From positions 9,801 to 73,800 of the IMG/VR virus record IMGVR_UViG_3300048580_000372: a stretch of 64,000 nucleotides of DNA, one strand, 5' to 3'. Numbering within the stretch: position 1 is the first letter of the stretch; each line of letters opens with the position of its first letter. A program made the translations under genes and the position numbers. Source of the DNA: a virus. Below, in pieces: positions 28,176-37,655 of the stretch. The notes under the pieces were generated by a model. It was not told the origin of the DNA. It saw only the letters and a program-made list of their open reading frames with translations, and did not search any database.

Positions 28176-28502
28176 TTAATCGTTGAATTCACGCTCGCTT
28201 TCATAACGAGAATGTTCGTTACTTTCATCAGAAATCCACATAGAGACCGCGGACATCATCGCAGATTGAAGATCTTCATTTTCTGGTGGCCAATTACCCC
28301 TTGATGTTAAATCACCCAATTCAAGTTCTGGATGGGTTGTTTTTGCCCAATTGGCTACTACCGCCCAAAAAGCATTTTCTGCTTCTTGAACAACACCTTC
28401 AAGCTCCATATCCATATCTTTGAAATAACCTTCATTGAGTTTTTTAGTTGGTTCAATAGTTTCATTAATAATATTCATGAATTGTCTTAAATTTTGGTTC
28501 AT
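28176..28502 (-). CDS. Small protein (NLRQFMNIINE leader)
   Basis: Class-B leader; LNEG site. Confidence 0.65.
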   Translation of the reverse strand: MNQNLRQFMNIINETIEPTKKLNEGYFKDMDMELEGVVQEAENAFWAVVANWAKTTHPELELGDLTSRGNWPPENEDLQSAMMSAVSMWISDESNEHSRYESEREFND

Positions 28503-28525
28503 AATTCTTCTCCTAACAAGATATT

Positions 28526-29419
28526 TTATTTATTTATCTTTTTCTTTGATTTTTTGGTAATTATATTTTCACCATATGGTGGACGACGCAATATAACCCC
28601 CATTGGGGCTGCAATACTGGCAACGTTACCAGAACATGTTCCACCCAACGACGCTTCTTCAGTTAAATCACCATTTATTAACTTCATCGCTTCAACCCAT
28701 AACCCATATAACCTTTTATAAAACGCTTTCTTATTACGAGAATTTAATGTTTTCAAAAAATCATTCTCATGATAACCATTCTTGGATAATACTTTCTCCA
28801 TTGTGTTTTTAAAATTATCAGTTATTCCAAAAATTTTAGCCAAACGATCTGGGTCGCCCTTTTTAGCAGCATTAATGAATGCCATCAAATGACTTACCGA
28901 ATTATGATAATATGCATTGAATTCTACAGGATCATTATAATATTTATCATCATTGCGTTTTGGTAATTCTCCATCTGACTGTTCAGAACTATTGCTTTTT
29001 GCATCTAACATATTTGGTATCCTAAATGAATCCAAATAATGAATATACTCATGCTCCAATACACGATGAATTTTATTATCATGCACAACTTCTTTAGCCA
29101 AAGTTTCTAAATCCAATCCTGTTCTAAATGGATCACCCAATAATTTTACAATTATAACTGGTTGTTTTGAATTTTGAAATTTACTAAATGCACCACCAAC
29201 TGTGTAAAAATTTGGACCACGAAGAAACATTACCTTTATATCATCAATGTCCAACGTCGCATAAATTTTACCATCAATTCGCAATAATTTCATACCGTAA
29301 CCATAATATGCAGCATCTTCATTTAAAAATATTTTCACAATTTTACTAACGAATTCTTTTGCCTGTTTATTATATCCGATATCATCTTTAGCATTTTCAA
29401 ATAAATCTAATAATCTCAT
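28526..29419 (-). CDS. Zincin-like metallopeptidase (leader MRLLDLFE)
   Basis: HEYIH motif with downstream PVEFNAY. Confidence 0.7.
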   Translation of the reverse strand: MRLLDLFENAKDDIGYNKQAKEFVSKIVKIFLNEDAAYYGYGMKLLRIDGKIYATLDIDDIKVMFLRGPNFYTVGGAFSKFQNSKQPVIIVKLLGDPFRTGLDLETLAKEVVHDNKIHRVLEHEYIHYLDSFRIPNMLDAKSNSSEQSDGELPKRNDDKYYNDPVEFNAYYHNSVSHLMAFINAAKKGDPDRLAKIFGITDNFKNTMEKVLSKNGYHENDFLKTLNSRNKKAFYKRLYGLWVEAMKLINGDLTEEASLGGTCSGNVASIAAPMGVILRRPPYGENIITKKSKKKINK

Positions 29420-30168
29420 CTCACAACCTTTGCATATTTAAAATTCTTTTTATACCAATTTAAATAATTTGGTAAATCTTCAGTCAAATACTCCACAACA
29501 TCACCATAAGTAGTAATTTGTCCCTTGAATTCAGGCACTCGTCTATTCAACACTTCTTCAGTATATTTATATTTTGTTGGATCAAATTTTAAATTAGTTA
29601 ACAATTGTCGCAAATTTAACATATAATATTCTTTGCAATCTAAAATTAATTCATTTTTTATTTTATTATCTGGCCAACCTTCTTTATAAGTAGAAGCGAA
29701 CTCCTTACCAACCATTCTCTTTTTGTCATAATCCCAAGTTGATACATTACCAGTAGAAATGCTCCCATAATTATCCTTATTTTTCCCAACAATCCTATTC
29801 CCACCTAAATCTTCAACAATTGGACTCCAAAAAATGTTATAATTCAATGGGATAACAATATGAGATTTGCCCAATACACCTTGGGTACCATTTGAATGAA
29901 AAACACAAAATACAGGATATTTTATCCCCAATTCTTGTAATAATTCTGGTTGCAATTCATTTTCACCTTGTCTTGCTTTATATTCACCTCTATCATTGAT
30001 TACTTTTATCAATGCAGTGTTTTGTTTTATATTATGGGTAAATTCTCTGAACAAAAGTGGATAGCTGGATAATGGTTCAACGACTTTAGCCAATGATAAT
30101 GACCAATTGATTAAATTATCAATAGTGTCTGCAGATGATACTTCCTCAAATAATTCATAGGCTCTCAT
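29416..30168 (-). CDS. MRAYELFE-leader protein, possibly ART-like
   Basis: Leader; LLFR...VFC...NELIL pattern. Confidence 0.5.
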   Translation of the reverse strand: MRAYELFEEVSSADTIDNLINWSLSLAKVVEPLSSYPLLFREFTHNIKQNTALIKVINDRGEYKARQGENELQPELLQELGIKYPVFCVFHSNGTQGVLGKSHIVIPLNYNIFWSPIVEDLGGNRIVGKNKDNYGSISTGNVSTWDYDKKRMVGKEFASTYKEGWPDNKIKNELILDCKEYYMLNLRQLLTNLKFDPTKYKYTEEVLNRRVPEFKGQITTYGDVVEYLTEDLPNYLNWYKKNFKYAKVVR

Positions 30169-30914
30169 TTCTTGTCTCTTGTTATATATTTGTAGCCAGC
30201 ATATATACCACCTGCTACAGCAGCATTGACAGCCAATTTTTTCAATAATGATGGTTCTTCTTTTTTGGTTTCATTTTCCCATTCGCCTGTTTCTGGATTG
30301 AATACGTCTGTTAAATGAAGTTTTTGTTCATTGGCAATTTTATTCAAATATGGAAATAAATCACTTTGATAACCTTTAGCCCTAAATGCTTGCAACAATC
30401 TTGTCATAAGCAATTGTTTTTGCATTCTTGATAATGTTTCCCAATCAATAGCCAATCTTCTCATGGATGAATAAATTGAATCTTGTTTTAAATCATATGA
30501 TAATTTCAAAGTATAACGTCTGTCAGTTTGATAATTTATATTATTATTTGCAATACGTGTTATATATTGAATGAATTGGTTTTTATCAAAATGAATTCTA
30601 TCTGTATAAACTGAATCATTTTTATATTTTGTATCATCCAATACTTCTTCTTTATCAACCAAAGCATATGCTAATTGATACATATCATTGGACGAATATT
30701 GTGGACCAGAAAAATTCTTATAACGATAAATTAATCTTGCATAATTTTGGGCATCACGCATTGTTGAATAATTATTCTTTATGATTTCCAAACCAATAAC
30801 ATGCAAGAAAAATAAATCAACAATTTGTTTAGCGTGCATATTGTGCATTACAGATAAATTGCGAAACATCTTTGTTTCGTTCAATTCTTTCAAAAATTCA
30901 AATTTTTCAGCCAT
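30165..30914 (-). CDS. Hypothetical virion-associated protein
   Basis: FLKELNE leader; hydrophobic C-terminus. Confidence 0.65.
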   Translation of the reverse strand: MAEKFEFLKELNETKMFRNLSVMHNMHAKQIVDLFFLHVIGLEIIKNNYSTMRDAQNYARLIYRYKNFSGPQYSSNDMYQLAYALVDKEEVLDDTKYKNDSVYTDRIHFDKNQFIQYITRIANNNINYQTDRRYTLKLSYDLKQDSIYSSMRRLAIDWETLSRMQKQLLMTRLLQAFRAKGYQSDLFPYLNKIANEQKLHLTDVFNPETGEWENETKKEEPSLLKKLAVNAAVAGGIYAGYKYITRDKK

Positions 30915-31239
30915 TCAATATCCCCATCTGTTGTTGTAATGCAGCCAATTTTCCATATGCTGCGAAATATGCTTTTATATTTTTTTCTTCACCTGCATTT
31001 ATAGCATCGGATAAATGTTCATGGTATTCTTTAAACATCTTTGTAGCTTTTTCATTACCAAATTCTGCTATTTCGGCTGCATTTTTATCTAAAAGTTTCA
31101 AAGTAGCTTGCATTAATGGTAATCCTTTTTCCATTTGTGCCAAAGCAGAAGTCAAAAAATCACCACCCTTGAATAAATCTTTGAAAGATTCATTCAAAAT
31201 AGTTTTCTGTACTGTATTCATATGTTCTCTAATGTTCAT
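30907..31239 (-). CDS. Small protein (MNIREHM...ILNES leader)
   Basis: AAGGA SD; GATAAATA at 31260-31267. Confidence 0.65.
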   Translation of the reverse strand: MNIREHMNTVQKTILNESFKDLFKGGDFLTSALAQMEKGLPLMQATLKLLDKNAAEIAEFGNEKATKMFKEYHEHLSDAINAGEEKNIKAYFAAYGKLAALQQQMGILNG

Positions 31240-31285
31240 GGTTAAAATCCTTTTTCTTTTATTTATCAAATTTTATAAAAAACGC

Positions 31286-31313
31286 TTTACATTTTTTTCA
31301 AAGATGATATAAT
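31286..31313 (+). promoter_or_regulatory. mgsA promoter TTTACA-N16-TATAAT with extended -10
   Basis: Consensus match. Confidence 0.65.
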
Positions 31314-31337
31314 GGTTAAAATCGAAAGGATGAAATT

Positions 31338-31766
31338 ATGAAACGCATCGCTCTGGTTGCCCATGATCAAATGAAACCCTTGCTTCTTCAGTGGGTTATT
31401 GACCATCGAGCCACCTTGACACAACATGAATTTTGGGCTACGGGGACAACTGGACGAATTATTTCAGAACATTGTCCTGAAATGAAAATTACATCACTAT
31501 TTTCAGGGCCATTGGGTGGAGATGCCCAGATCGGGAATTTGATTGTCGAAGGTAAGTTGGATATTCTGATTTTCTTTACCGACCCTCTTACCAGCCAACC
31601 CCATGACGTTGACGTTAAAGCACTTTCAAGGCTTGCCAGCGTCTATAATGTCCCAATGGCTTGTAACCTTGCCACCGCGGATTTCCTTGTGTCGTCGCCT
31701 TATTTTAATGAACCTTATACCCCACACAAATTGGATTTTTCCAGCTATATCAATCGCAAGGTATAA
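31338..31766 (+). CDS. mgsA: Methylglyoxal synthase
   Basis: IALVAHD, ATGTTG, SGPLGGDAQIG, FFTDPL...PHDVDVKAL motifs. Confidence 0.96.
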   Translation: MKRIALVAHDQMKPLLLQWVIDHRATLTQHEFWATGTTGRIISEHCPEMKITSLFSGPLGGDAQIGNLIVEGKLDILIFFTDPLTSQPHDVDVKALSRLASVYNVPMACNLATADFLVSSPYFNEPYTPHKLDFSSYINRKV

Positions 31767-31791
31767 AAAAGGAGGCTTACGCCTCCTTTTT
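31766..31791. terminator. Bidirectional terminator
   Basis: AAAAAGGAGGC-TTAC-GCCTCCTTTTT. Confidence 0.85.
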
Positions 31792-31812
31792 CCATGCCCA
31801 CTTGGATTACTT

Positions 31813-32292
31813 TCAGTCCCACCAAACTCTTACATATTTTTGACCATCAATGGTATCAATATCAATTTCATCTGGTCCACCCAATGCAGAACTATACATT
31901 TCAATTTGTTGTTTCAAAAGTTTAATATCTGGATAAAGTCCACGAACATAAAGAACAACAGAACCTTCTCTGCCTGGAACCATTTCTAATGGTACACATT
32001 GTTCACCACAATTTTTTTCCAACGATTTAAAACCTTTATATACAGTTGTTGTATCATAACTATTATATCCTCTTGGAACAGCGAAAAGCATTGTATTATA
32101 CCATGAATCTAAATCTTGTGGAGTTCCACGAATGTCCAAATCACGAAATTTATTACTATATGCTCTAACGATATCATCATTGGATGCACCATTTTTCTTT
32201 GAACTGAAATTTGGGTCCATACCTTGTGGTACCGTTCCACCAACACTTTCATCCAAACGTTGTAAAATCTTTCTCATATCAGAACTTGACAT
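31813..32292 (-). CDS. Protein with DMRKIL...LDES leader
   Basis: Class-B leader; GATAAATA upstream. Confidence 0.7.
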   Translation of the reverse strand: MSSSDMRKILQRLDESVGGTVPQGMDPNFSSKKNGASNDDIVRAYSNKFRDLDIRGTPQDLDSWYNTMLFAVPRGYNSYDTTTVYKGFKSLEKNCGEQCVPLEMVPGREGSVVLYVRGLYPDIKLLKQQIEMYSSALGGPDEIDIDTIDGQKYVRVWWD

Positions 32293-32342
32293 TTTTTAAT
32301 CTCCTTATTGAATTTTAATCATAATATTATTTATCTTTTTTG

Positions 32343-33368
32343 TCAAATATTTTGCAATTCATCAGGCAATTCCAAACCAGGATATGATTTCTCAAATGTT
32401 TCCTTCACATCTTTCAAAATTTTCATTTTAAAGGCTGGGCTATAAAGTTTACTTGCCATAAAGACTTTATAAACAGACTCAAATGAACCCAAATCTTCTG
32501 GCTTGGTTCCCGGTCCAAAAATATACGCAGCGATTTCTTCTGGCTCGTCAGTCTCAATATAACCCTTCTTCAATTCTTCCCTTGTCGTTTCCGGCCACTT
32601 TGCCTTCACTGTGTTATAGTATTCTTCAAAGTCTTTTATTGAGTTGTCTGTTGCGTTGAATTTGGTTGGGTCTTTCTTATTAATCTTATGCTTATATCCC
32701 CACATTAAACCCCTTTCTAAAGCCAAGGATGGTCCAGAATATGCAACCAATGTTTCCCCATCATATTTAACCCAATGGCGTCCTTCCAATTCCCTGAGTC
32801 CAGAAACGATACGCATCAAGAATATGGTTCTAAATACACCCTTGTATTTTGATTCTTCCAAAGATGGTGAATGCCACATGAATTTCAAAATTTTAGCTTT
32901 ACCAAATACCAAATCAACTTGGACATATTCAGCATCGCTTCCCTTTACCATTGGACTACCAATTGTTGATATTGGTGTTGGGACGAAAATACAATTCCCA
33001 CCTTTCTGTTTGACATTTTCTTTTCCAAAACTATTTTGCAATTTTTCCAATAATTTTGCTTGGAAATCTTCACCAAAAGTTTTAACATCAACAGCTATAT
33101 CCATATCACCAGATATTGGTTTCTTACCAACACTACCCATAAGATTGTCTATTAAATATTCTGTTGACAATCCAGTAGCGGCTGACAATACACCAATGGT
33201 TCCATATCCTGGTGGAACTGGAATAATTTCCCCGTCATCATCTCTACCAAGAAACTTGATACCTTTTTCTCTCAATCCTTGTTCACCAAAGATTTCTTGA
33301 ACCGCTATTGAACGGGTCTTTCCCGAAAAGGCATTACCACCTTCCATTAAAAATTCTCTTGCTCTCAT
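32343..33368 (-). CDS. Pol-beta-superfamily nucleotidyltransferase (leader MRAREFLME)
   Basis: GSVGKKPISGDMDIAV and VQVDLV catalytic Asp motifs. Confidence 0.75.
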   Translation of the reverse strand: MRAREFLMEGGNAFSGKTRSIAVQEIFGEQGLREKGIKFLGRDDDGEIIPVPPGYGTIGVLSAATGLSTEYLIDNLMGSVGKKPISGDMDIAVDVKTFGEDFQAKLLEKLQNSFGKENVKQKGGNCIFVPTPISTIGSPMVKGSDAEYVQVDLVFGKAKILKFMWHSPSLEESKYKGVFRTIFLMRIVSGLRELEGRHWVKYDGETLVAYSGPSLALERGLMWGYKHKINKKDPTKFNATDNSIKDFEEYYNTVKAKWPETTREELKKGYIETDEPEEIAAYIFGPGTKPEDLGSFESVYKVFMASKLYSPAFKMKILKDVKETFEKSYPGLELPDELQNI

Positions 33369-33382
33369 TTTCTTTCTCCGTT

Positions 33383-34006
33383 TTATGGATTTGGATATTT
33401 ATCAGAACCTGTATTTGGTCCAAAATCATAACGATTTAAATTTTTTATAAATTGTTCACGCAACACCAAATCGTTTTTATCTTCATACTGAGTTTCAGCC
33501 AAAATCACCACATCTCTGGACCCATCCCAAGGATTTGGAATTATTAAATTATAATTTGGAACAGAGAACTGTGTTTTTTGTTTTGTAACAGTATTAAAAT
33601 GAAATAATTTTAAATAACCAGGCGTTTGTATAAGCCACTGCCACATATCACGAGCATTTGGTGACTGATGAAAATCACTTATCAAAGGTCCAACCTCATT
33701 CACATAATAGTATAATAAACATCTTATCCACCCTTGCTTTCTATACAATGGGTGGGTTAATGTTTTTACTATTTGATGACATGGATATTCTGATATTTCA
33801 TTAATACACAAATATGATATTAACAATTCTTCTTTAAATACCCCATACATATCAAAATATGGACCTTTTTTATATTTAATAATTACATCCAAAGATGGAT
33901 ATTCTTTAACTATCTCAGCATCGTCAAATCTTTGTTGATAATTGTCAATGAAATCATCAGTTTCTGGACCAACAACTATTTCAGAGATAAATTCTCTTGC
34001 TCTCAT
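33383..34006 (-). CDS. GNAT-like acetyltransferase (leader MRAREFISE)
   Basis: THPLYRKQGW acetyl-CoA motif; LISDFHQSPNARDMW. Confidence 0.7.
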   Translation of the reverse strand: MRAREFISEIVVGPETDDFIDNYQQRFDDAEIVKEYPSLDVIIKYKKGPYFDMYGVFKEELLISYLCINEISEYPCHQIVKTLTHPLYRKQGWIRCLLYYYVNEVGPLISDFHQSPNARDMWQWLIQTPGYLKLFHFNTVTKQKTQFSVPNYNLIIPNPWDGSRDVVILAETQYEDKNDLVLREQFIKNLNRYDFGPNTGSDKYPNP

Positions 34007-34012
34007 AATAGA

Positions 34013-34438
34013 TTATTCTCCTAATAATTCTGCTTCTATTATTTTTACTTGTTTTGGATATAATGCAACATAAACATTATAACAACTATCAGAAATAGCA
34101 GATGGATGACTAAAAGTTAAATATTTCAATCCATTCTTTCTTGCATCAATTGCCAATTTTGAAATATATTCCTCAATATCACCTTCCATTAATTCATCAT
34201 AAAATTCATCATTCTCAATGTTCATTGAATTAGTATCTGTAACATCATTAATGACAGTATATAAAAAATGTTCTTCGCCTTTTACATTTGGACGATGGGC
34301 ATTAAATGCATAACTAACAGCCTCATCAACATTATCAGTTAAATAAACAACATCACCACTAAAAAATTCAAGATACCTATCCGACCCATGAAACAAATAT
34401 TTTGAAACCTGTTCTGCTATTTTGATAAATTCTCTCAT
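34013..34438 (-). CDS. ADP-ribosyltransferase-like protein
   Basis: YLFHGS...VYLTDNVDEAVSYA motifs. Confidence 0.6.
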   Translation of the reverse strand: MREFIKIAEQVSKYLFHGSDRYLEFFSGDVVYLTDNVDEAVSYAFNAHRPNVKGEEHFLYTVINDVTDTNSMNIENDEFYDELMEGDIEEYISKLAIDARKNGLKYLTFSHPSAISDSCYNVYVALYPKQVKIIEAELLGE

Positions 34439-35883
34439 TCTAATTTATCCCCAAGCATAATAGTTATTAAATCAACTGGTTGTTTTGCATTCTTTACATC
34501 ACGAAGATTATCTCGCAATCTTTTAAATGTTTCTGCATATACTGATTTGGTACGTTCATTAATTTCACCCTCATAAGAAAATGTTTGATTGAATGAACCA
34601 GATTGGAATGTCTTCTTTAAATTTGGTAAGTCTTTCATATATTGTTCATACATGGTATTCAACTCTACCAATGATGCTTCCAAAATATCAATAAATTTTT
34701 GTTTTGTTTGATTGAAATCCACTATACGTTGGGATATTTTAGTTGCACGTTCTTCAGGTGTATTACCAGATGCTGCAACGAATGCCTTTATGGATGGTTT
34801 ACCCAATTCTGGTGTATTGGCTGCATTAGCCAATGCTATTTTGACTCTGCCAGCCAAATGGTCACCACGACTATTGGACACTTTAGTTCTTTCAATAAAA
34901 TTCCATTGATTGATGGCTGTGAATATTCCCTTATCAACCAATTTAACGAATGCATCTTTACCTAATGGACTATCACCTTTAATTTGCATTACAACGCCTT
35001 CAATCCAACCACCTTCTGCTGGTGTTGGACCAAATTTACTACTAATACGTCTTACTAATTGGTTCAACAATAACTCCTTAATGCCCAATTTCAAATTGGT
35101 TATATGTTCTTCTACTTTTTCCTTTTCTGCCTTTAAACCTTCTTTAATGGATTTCCACTCTTCTTTACTAATAAAGGATGGGGTAGTGTTGAATTTAATA
35201 AATGCAATTTGGCTATTAGTTAATGTTGGGAAGGTTGTGTTTTTAGAACGCAAGTATTTGTATAATTCAATAAGATTTGTTTTAAATTCATCACTTGACA
35301 CAACTTCTCGCATTTTATCATTTGGAACATGTGGGGTACGATCAATTGACCATTTATAAACTGGGCTTTGTTCAAATGAAACTTCTTTACCTGTTTTAGT
35401 AACCGGTATAGTATCTAATTGTGAAGTAGCCTTTAGCCCAACCATCCCATCAATATCTGGATTACCATCAGTAGCTTGAAGAACGATGATTTGATTATTG
35501 GTTTTTGAATATGGAACTGCGTTTGGCAATTCACCAAAAAGAATTTCTGAATTCACTCTATCTCCTGGGTGGAGAAATGGTTGAACGATTTTTTCCAATG
35601 CTTTATGGGCTGCTCTAAAACCAACTGACCAAAATTTATCTTGTGGATATTCTTTATCTGAATAAAATACTTGCCCATTTTTAACTGCACGGTCTGTATA
35701 AAATTTTCCCTTATCGTCCATACCAAAGCCCATGGCAGCACCATCGACTTTTTCTGTCAATTCATATTTGGATGGATTTTTAACCATATCTTTGCGAATA
35801 TGATTAACCAATTTTATAAATTCCTTTAATGGAAGGTCTTCAAAATGGTCAATACCTTCTACTATAAATTCTCTTGCTCTCAT
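34435..35883 (-). CDS. ATP-dependent (RNA) ligase-like protein (leader MRAREFIVE)
   Basis: Motif I TEKVDG, motif IV IEGVVM, motif V FVKLV. Confidence 0.72.
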   Translation of the reverse strand: MRAREFIVEGIDHFEDLPLKEFIKLVNHIRKDMVKNPSKYELTEKVDGAAMGFGMDDKGKFYTDRAVKNGQVFYSDKEYPQDKFWSVGFRAAHKALEKIVQPFLHPGDRVNSEILFGELPNAVPYSKTNNQIIVLQATDGNPDIDGMVGLKATSQLDTIPVTKTGKEVSFEQSPVYKWSIDRTPHVPNDKMREVVSSDEFKTNLIELYKYLRSKNTTFPTLTNSQIAFIKFNTTPSFISKEEWKSIKEGLKAEKEKVEEHITNLKLGIKELLLNQLVRRISSKFGPTPAEGGWIEGVVMQIKGDSPLGKDAFVKLVDKGIFTAINQWNFIERTKVSNSRGDHLAGRVKIALANAANTPELGKPSIKAFVAASGNTPEERATKISQRIVDFNQTKQKFIDILEASLVELNTMYEQYMKDLPNLKKTFQSGSFNQTFSYEGEINERTKSVYAETFKRLRDNLRDVKNAKQPVDLITIMLGDKLE

Positions 35884-37655
35884 GTTGGCTCCAATATTTG
35901 TTTTCCAATTTTCATTAACTGTGTTCTTTGTGTTTTAGATAATTTTTTATAAAACTCTGCGAATGCTTTTGGATCATTAATATCCAACTCATCAACTTGT
36001 TGTTTCAATGTTATAATTTTTGGTTGTTTCAATTTCATTTGTTGAAATGCTGGTTCGATAAATTCTGGCTTCACACCATTGTCTGTCAAAAATTTATGAA
36101 GTGAAGCATTATTCAATATTGGTTTACCTGCTTGTTTACTGGCTTTCTTCCATTTTTGCATTAATTTATCTGCTGTAATTTTAGTAGTAAGGTTTTTTCC
36201 TTTGGTGGCAACTTTTTGTGCTGCTGCTCCTGCAATTTTTTTACCTGCGTCTGCAACTTTGGAAGCGGCACCTTTGGCTGTACTTTTAACTTTATCCCAT
36301 ATTGGTCCTTCAGTCAAAATTTGTTGTTGTTCAATTGCTTCAAATAATTCCATCATTTGCATTTCGTTAAATGGATTGATGGATTCTTTGGTTTTTTCTT
36401 TTTTATCTTCTGATTTTCCATCATATGATGCTGCACCTGTGGCCGCGCCTTGGGCTGCAGCCTGAATGGCATCTCCCATTTTTTTAATACTATTTAATGT
36501 TTTATTATAATTTTGTTTATTAACCTCATCAGCTAATTCTGCTATTTTCCTAGCAGCAGCATTTTTTGCATCTTGTGCCAAACCTTTATTTATTTCATCT
36601 AAATATTTTGGGTCATTCATTTCTGCAAGTTTCTTTGTAAATTTAAAATATGCAGATGTCATACGTTGTTGATTCTCCGCTATATCACTAGGACTAATAA
36701 CATTATCACCAGCATATTTTGCAATCGAACCCAACGCTTTATATCTAACCATACTTTGATTATCACTGGCAAATTTATGAACACTATCTGTAAAAATGCT
36801 TCGCAACTTCATTAACTGTTCTAAATCTTCTGTTTTACCATAAAAAGTACCGTCTATATAAGGAATTTTACTATATGAAGAATAAACTTTGATTGTGCCC
36901 ACATTTGTTGTATGTGTGCCAAGTTGGAGTTTTGCAATTTTTTTAATTTCACTAGTACCTATTTCAAACATATCACCCACTTTATTCCCCAACCCAATCA
37001 TATAATCTTTGACTTCTTTTACTGCCATACCAGTCAACCAACCAATAGCAGCAGTTTTCAAGCCCTTTCCAATAGCTGTGGATAATTTTTCACCCTTTAA
37101 TAATTCAACTGTGCCACGCAATACTTGACCTGCAATAGCACCACCCATTGGACCACCAGCCAATGACGCCAACGCAGTTAGTACACCAATGATACAAGCT
37201 GTTTTTCCTGGATGTTCTTTAGCCAACTCACCCAACTTTTTAGTATACTGGACAATCTTTGAATCGTCACCACCCAATTTTTCAGCTACCTTGGCTTTCA
37301 AATCTTCAAACTTTTGGTCGAATGCTTTAACAGGTGCTGTATCTTGTAACCATTTAGCTGCTTTCCCCATAATTTCTTTAACTTTGACAGCAACATCTTT
37401 CCCTTTACCAATAGCTGTTCTATTACCACCACCTGAAGTAACATTATCTTCAATTTTTTTAAACAAATCCAATACTGCATTTTGCCCTTTTAATTCTTGT
37501 TTCAAAGTTGCTTCTATTAATGGGAGGAATTCATTATAAACACCTTCAACAACGATTTGTTGTTCCAAGGTCAATCCTTCACAGGATTCACGCAATATTT
37601 TGCGTCCTTCCATTAATTTTTGTTCATATAAAGGTATTATTGTATTTGCTCTCAT
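35880..37655 (-). CDS. Large helical internal/ejection-like protein
   Basis: MRA leader; LMEG, LRES and LTEG sites; hydrophobic segment. Confidence 0.6.
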   Translation of the reverse strand: MRANTIIPLYEQKLMEGRKILRESCEGLTLEQQIVVEGVYNEFLPLIEATLKQELKGQNAVLDLFKKIEDNVTSGGGNRTAIGKGKDVAVKVKEIMGKAAKWLQDTAPVKAFDQKFEDLKAKVAEKLGGDDSKIVQYTKKLGELAKEHPGKTACIIGVLTALASLAGGPMGGAIAGQVLRGTVELLKGEKLSTAIGKGLKTAAIGWLTGMAVKEVKDYMIGLGNKVGDMFEIGTSEIKKIAKLQLGTHTTNVGTIKVYSSYSKIPYIDGTFYGKTEDLEQLMKLRSIFTDSVHKFASDNQSMVRYKALGSIAKYAGDNVISPSDIAENQQRMTSAYFKFTKKLAEMNDPKYLDEINKGLAQDAKNAAARKIAELADEVNKQNYNKTLNSIKKMGDAIQAAAQGAATGAASYDGKSEDKKEKTKESINPFNEMQMMELFEAIEQQQILTEGPIWDKVKSTAKGAASKVADAGKKIAGAAAQKVATKGKNLTTKITADKLMQKWKKASKQAGKPILNNASLHKFLTDNGVKPEFIEPAFQQMKLKQPKIITLKQQVDELDINDPKAFAEFYKKLSKTQRTQLMKIGKQILEPT

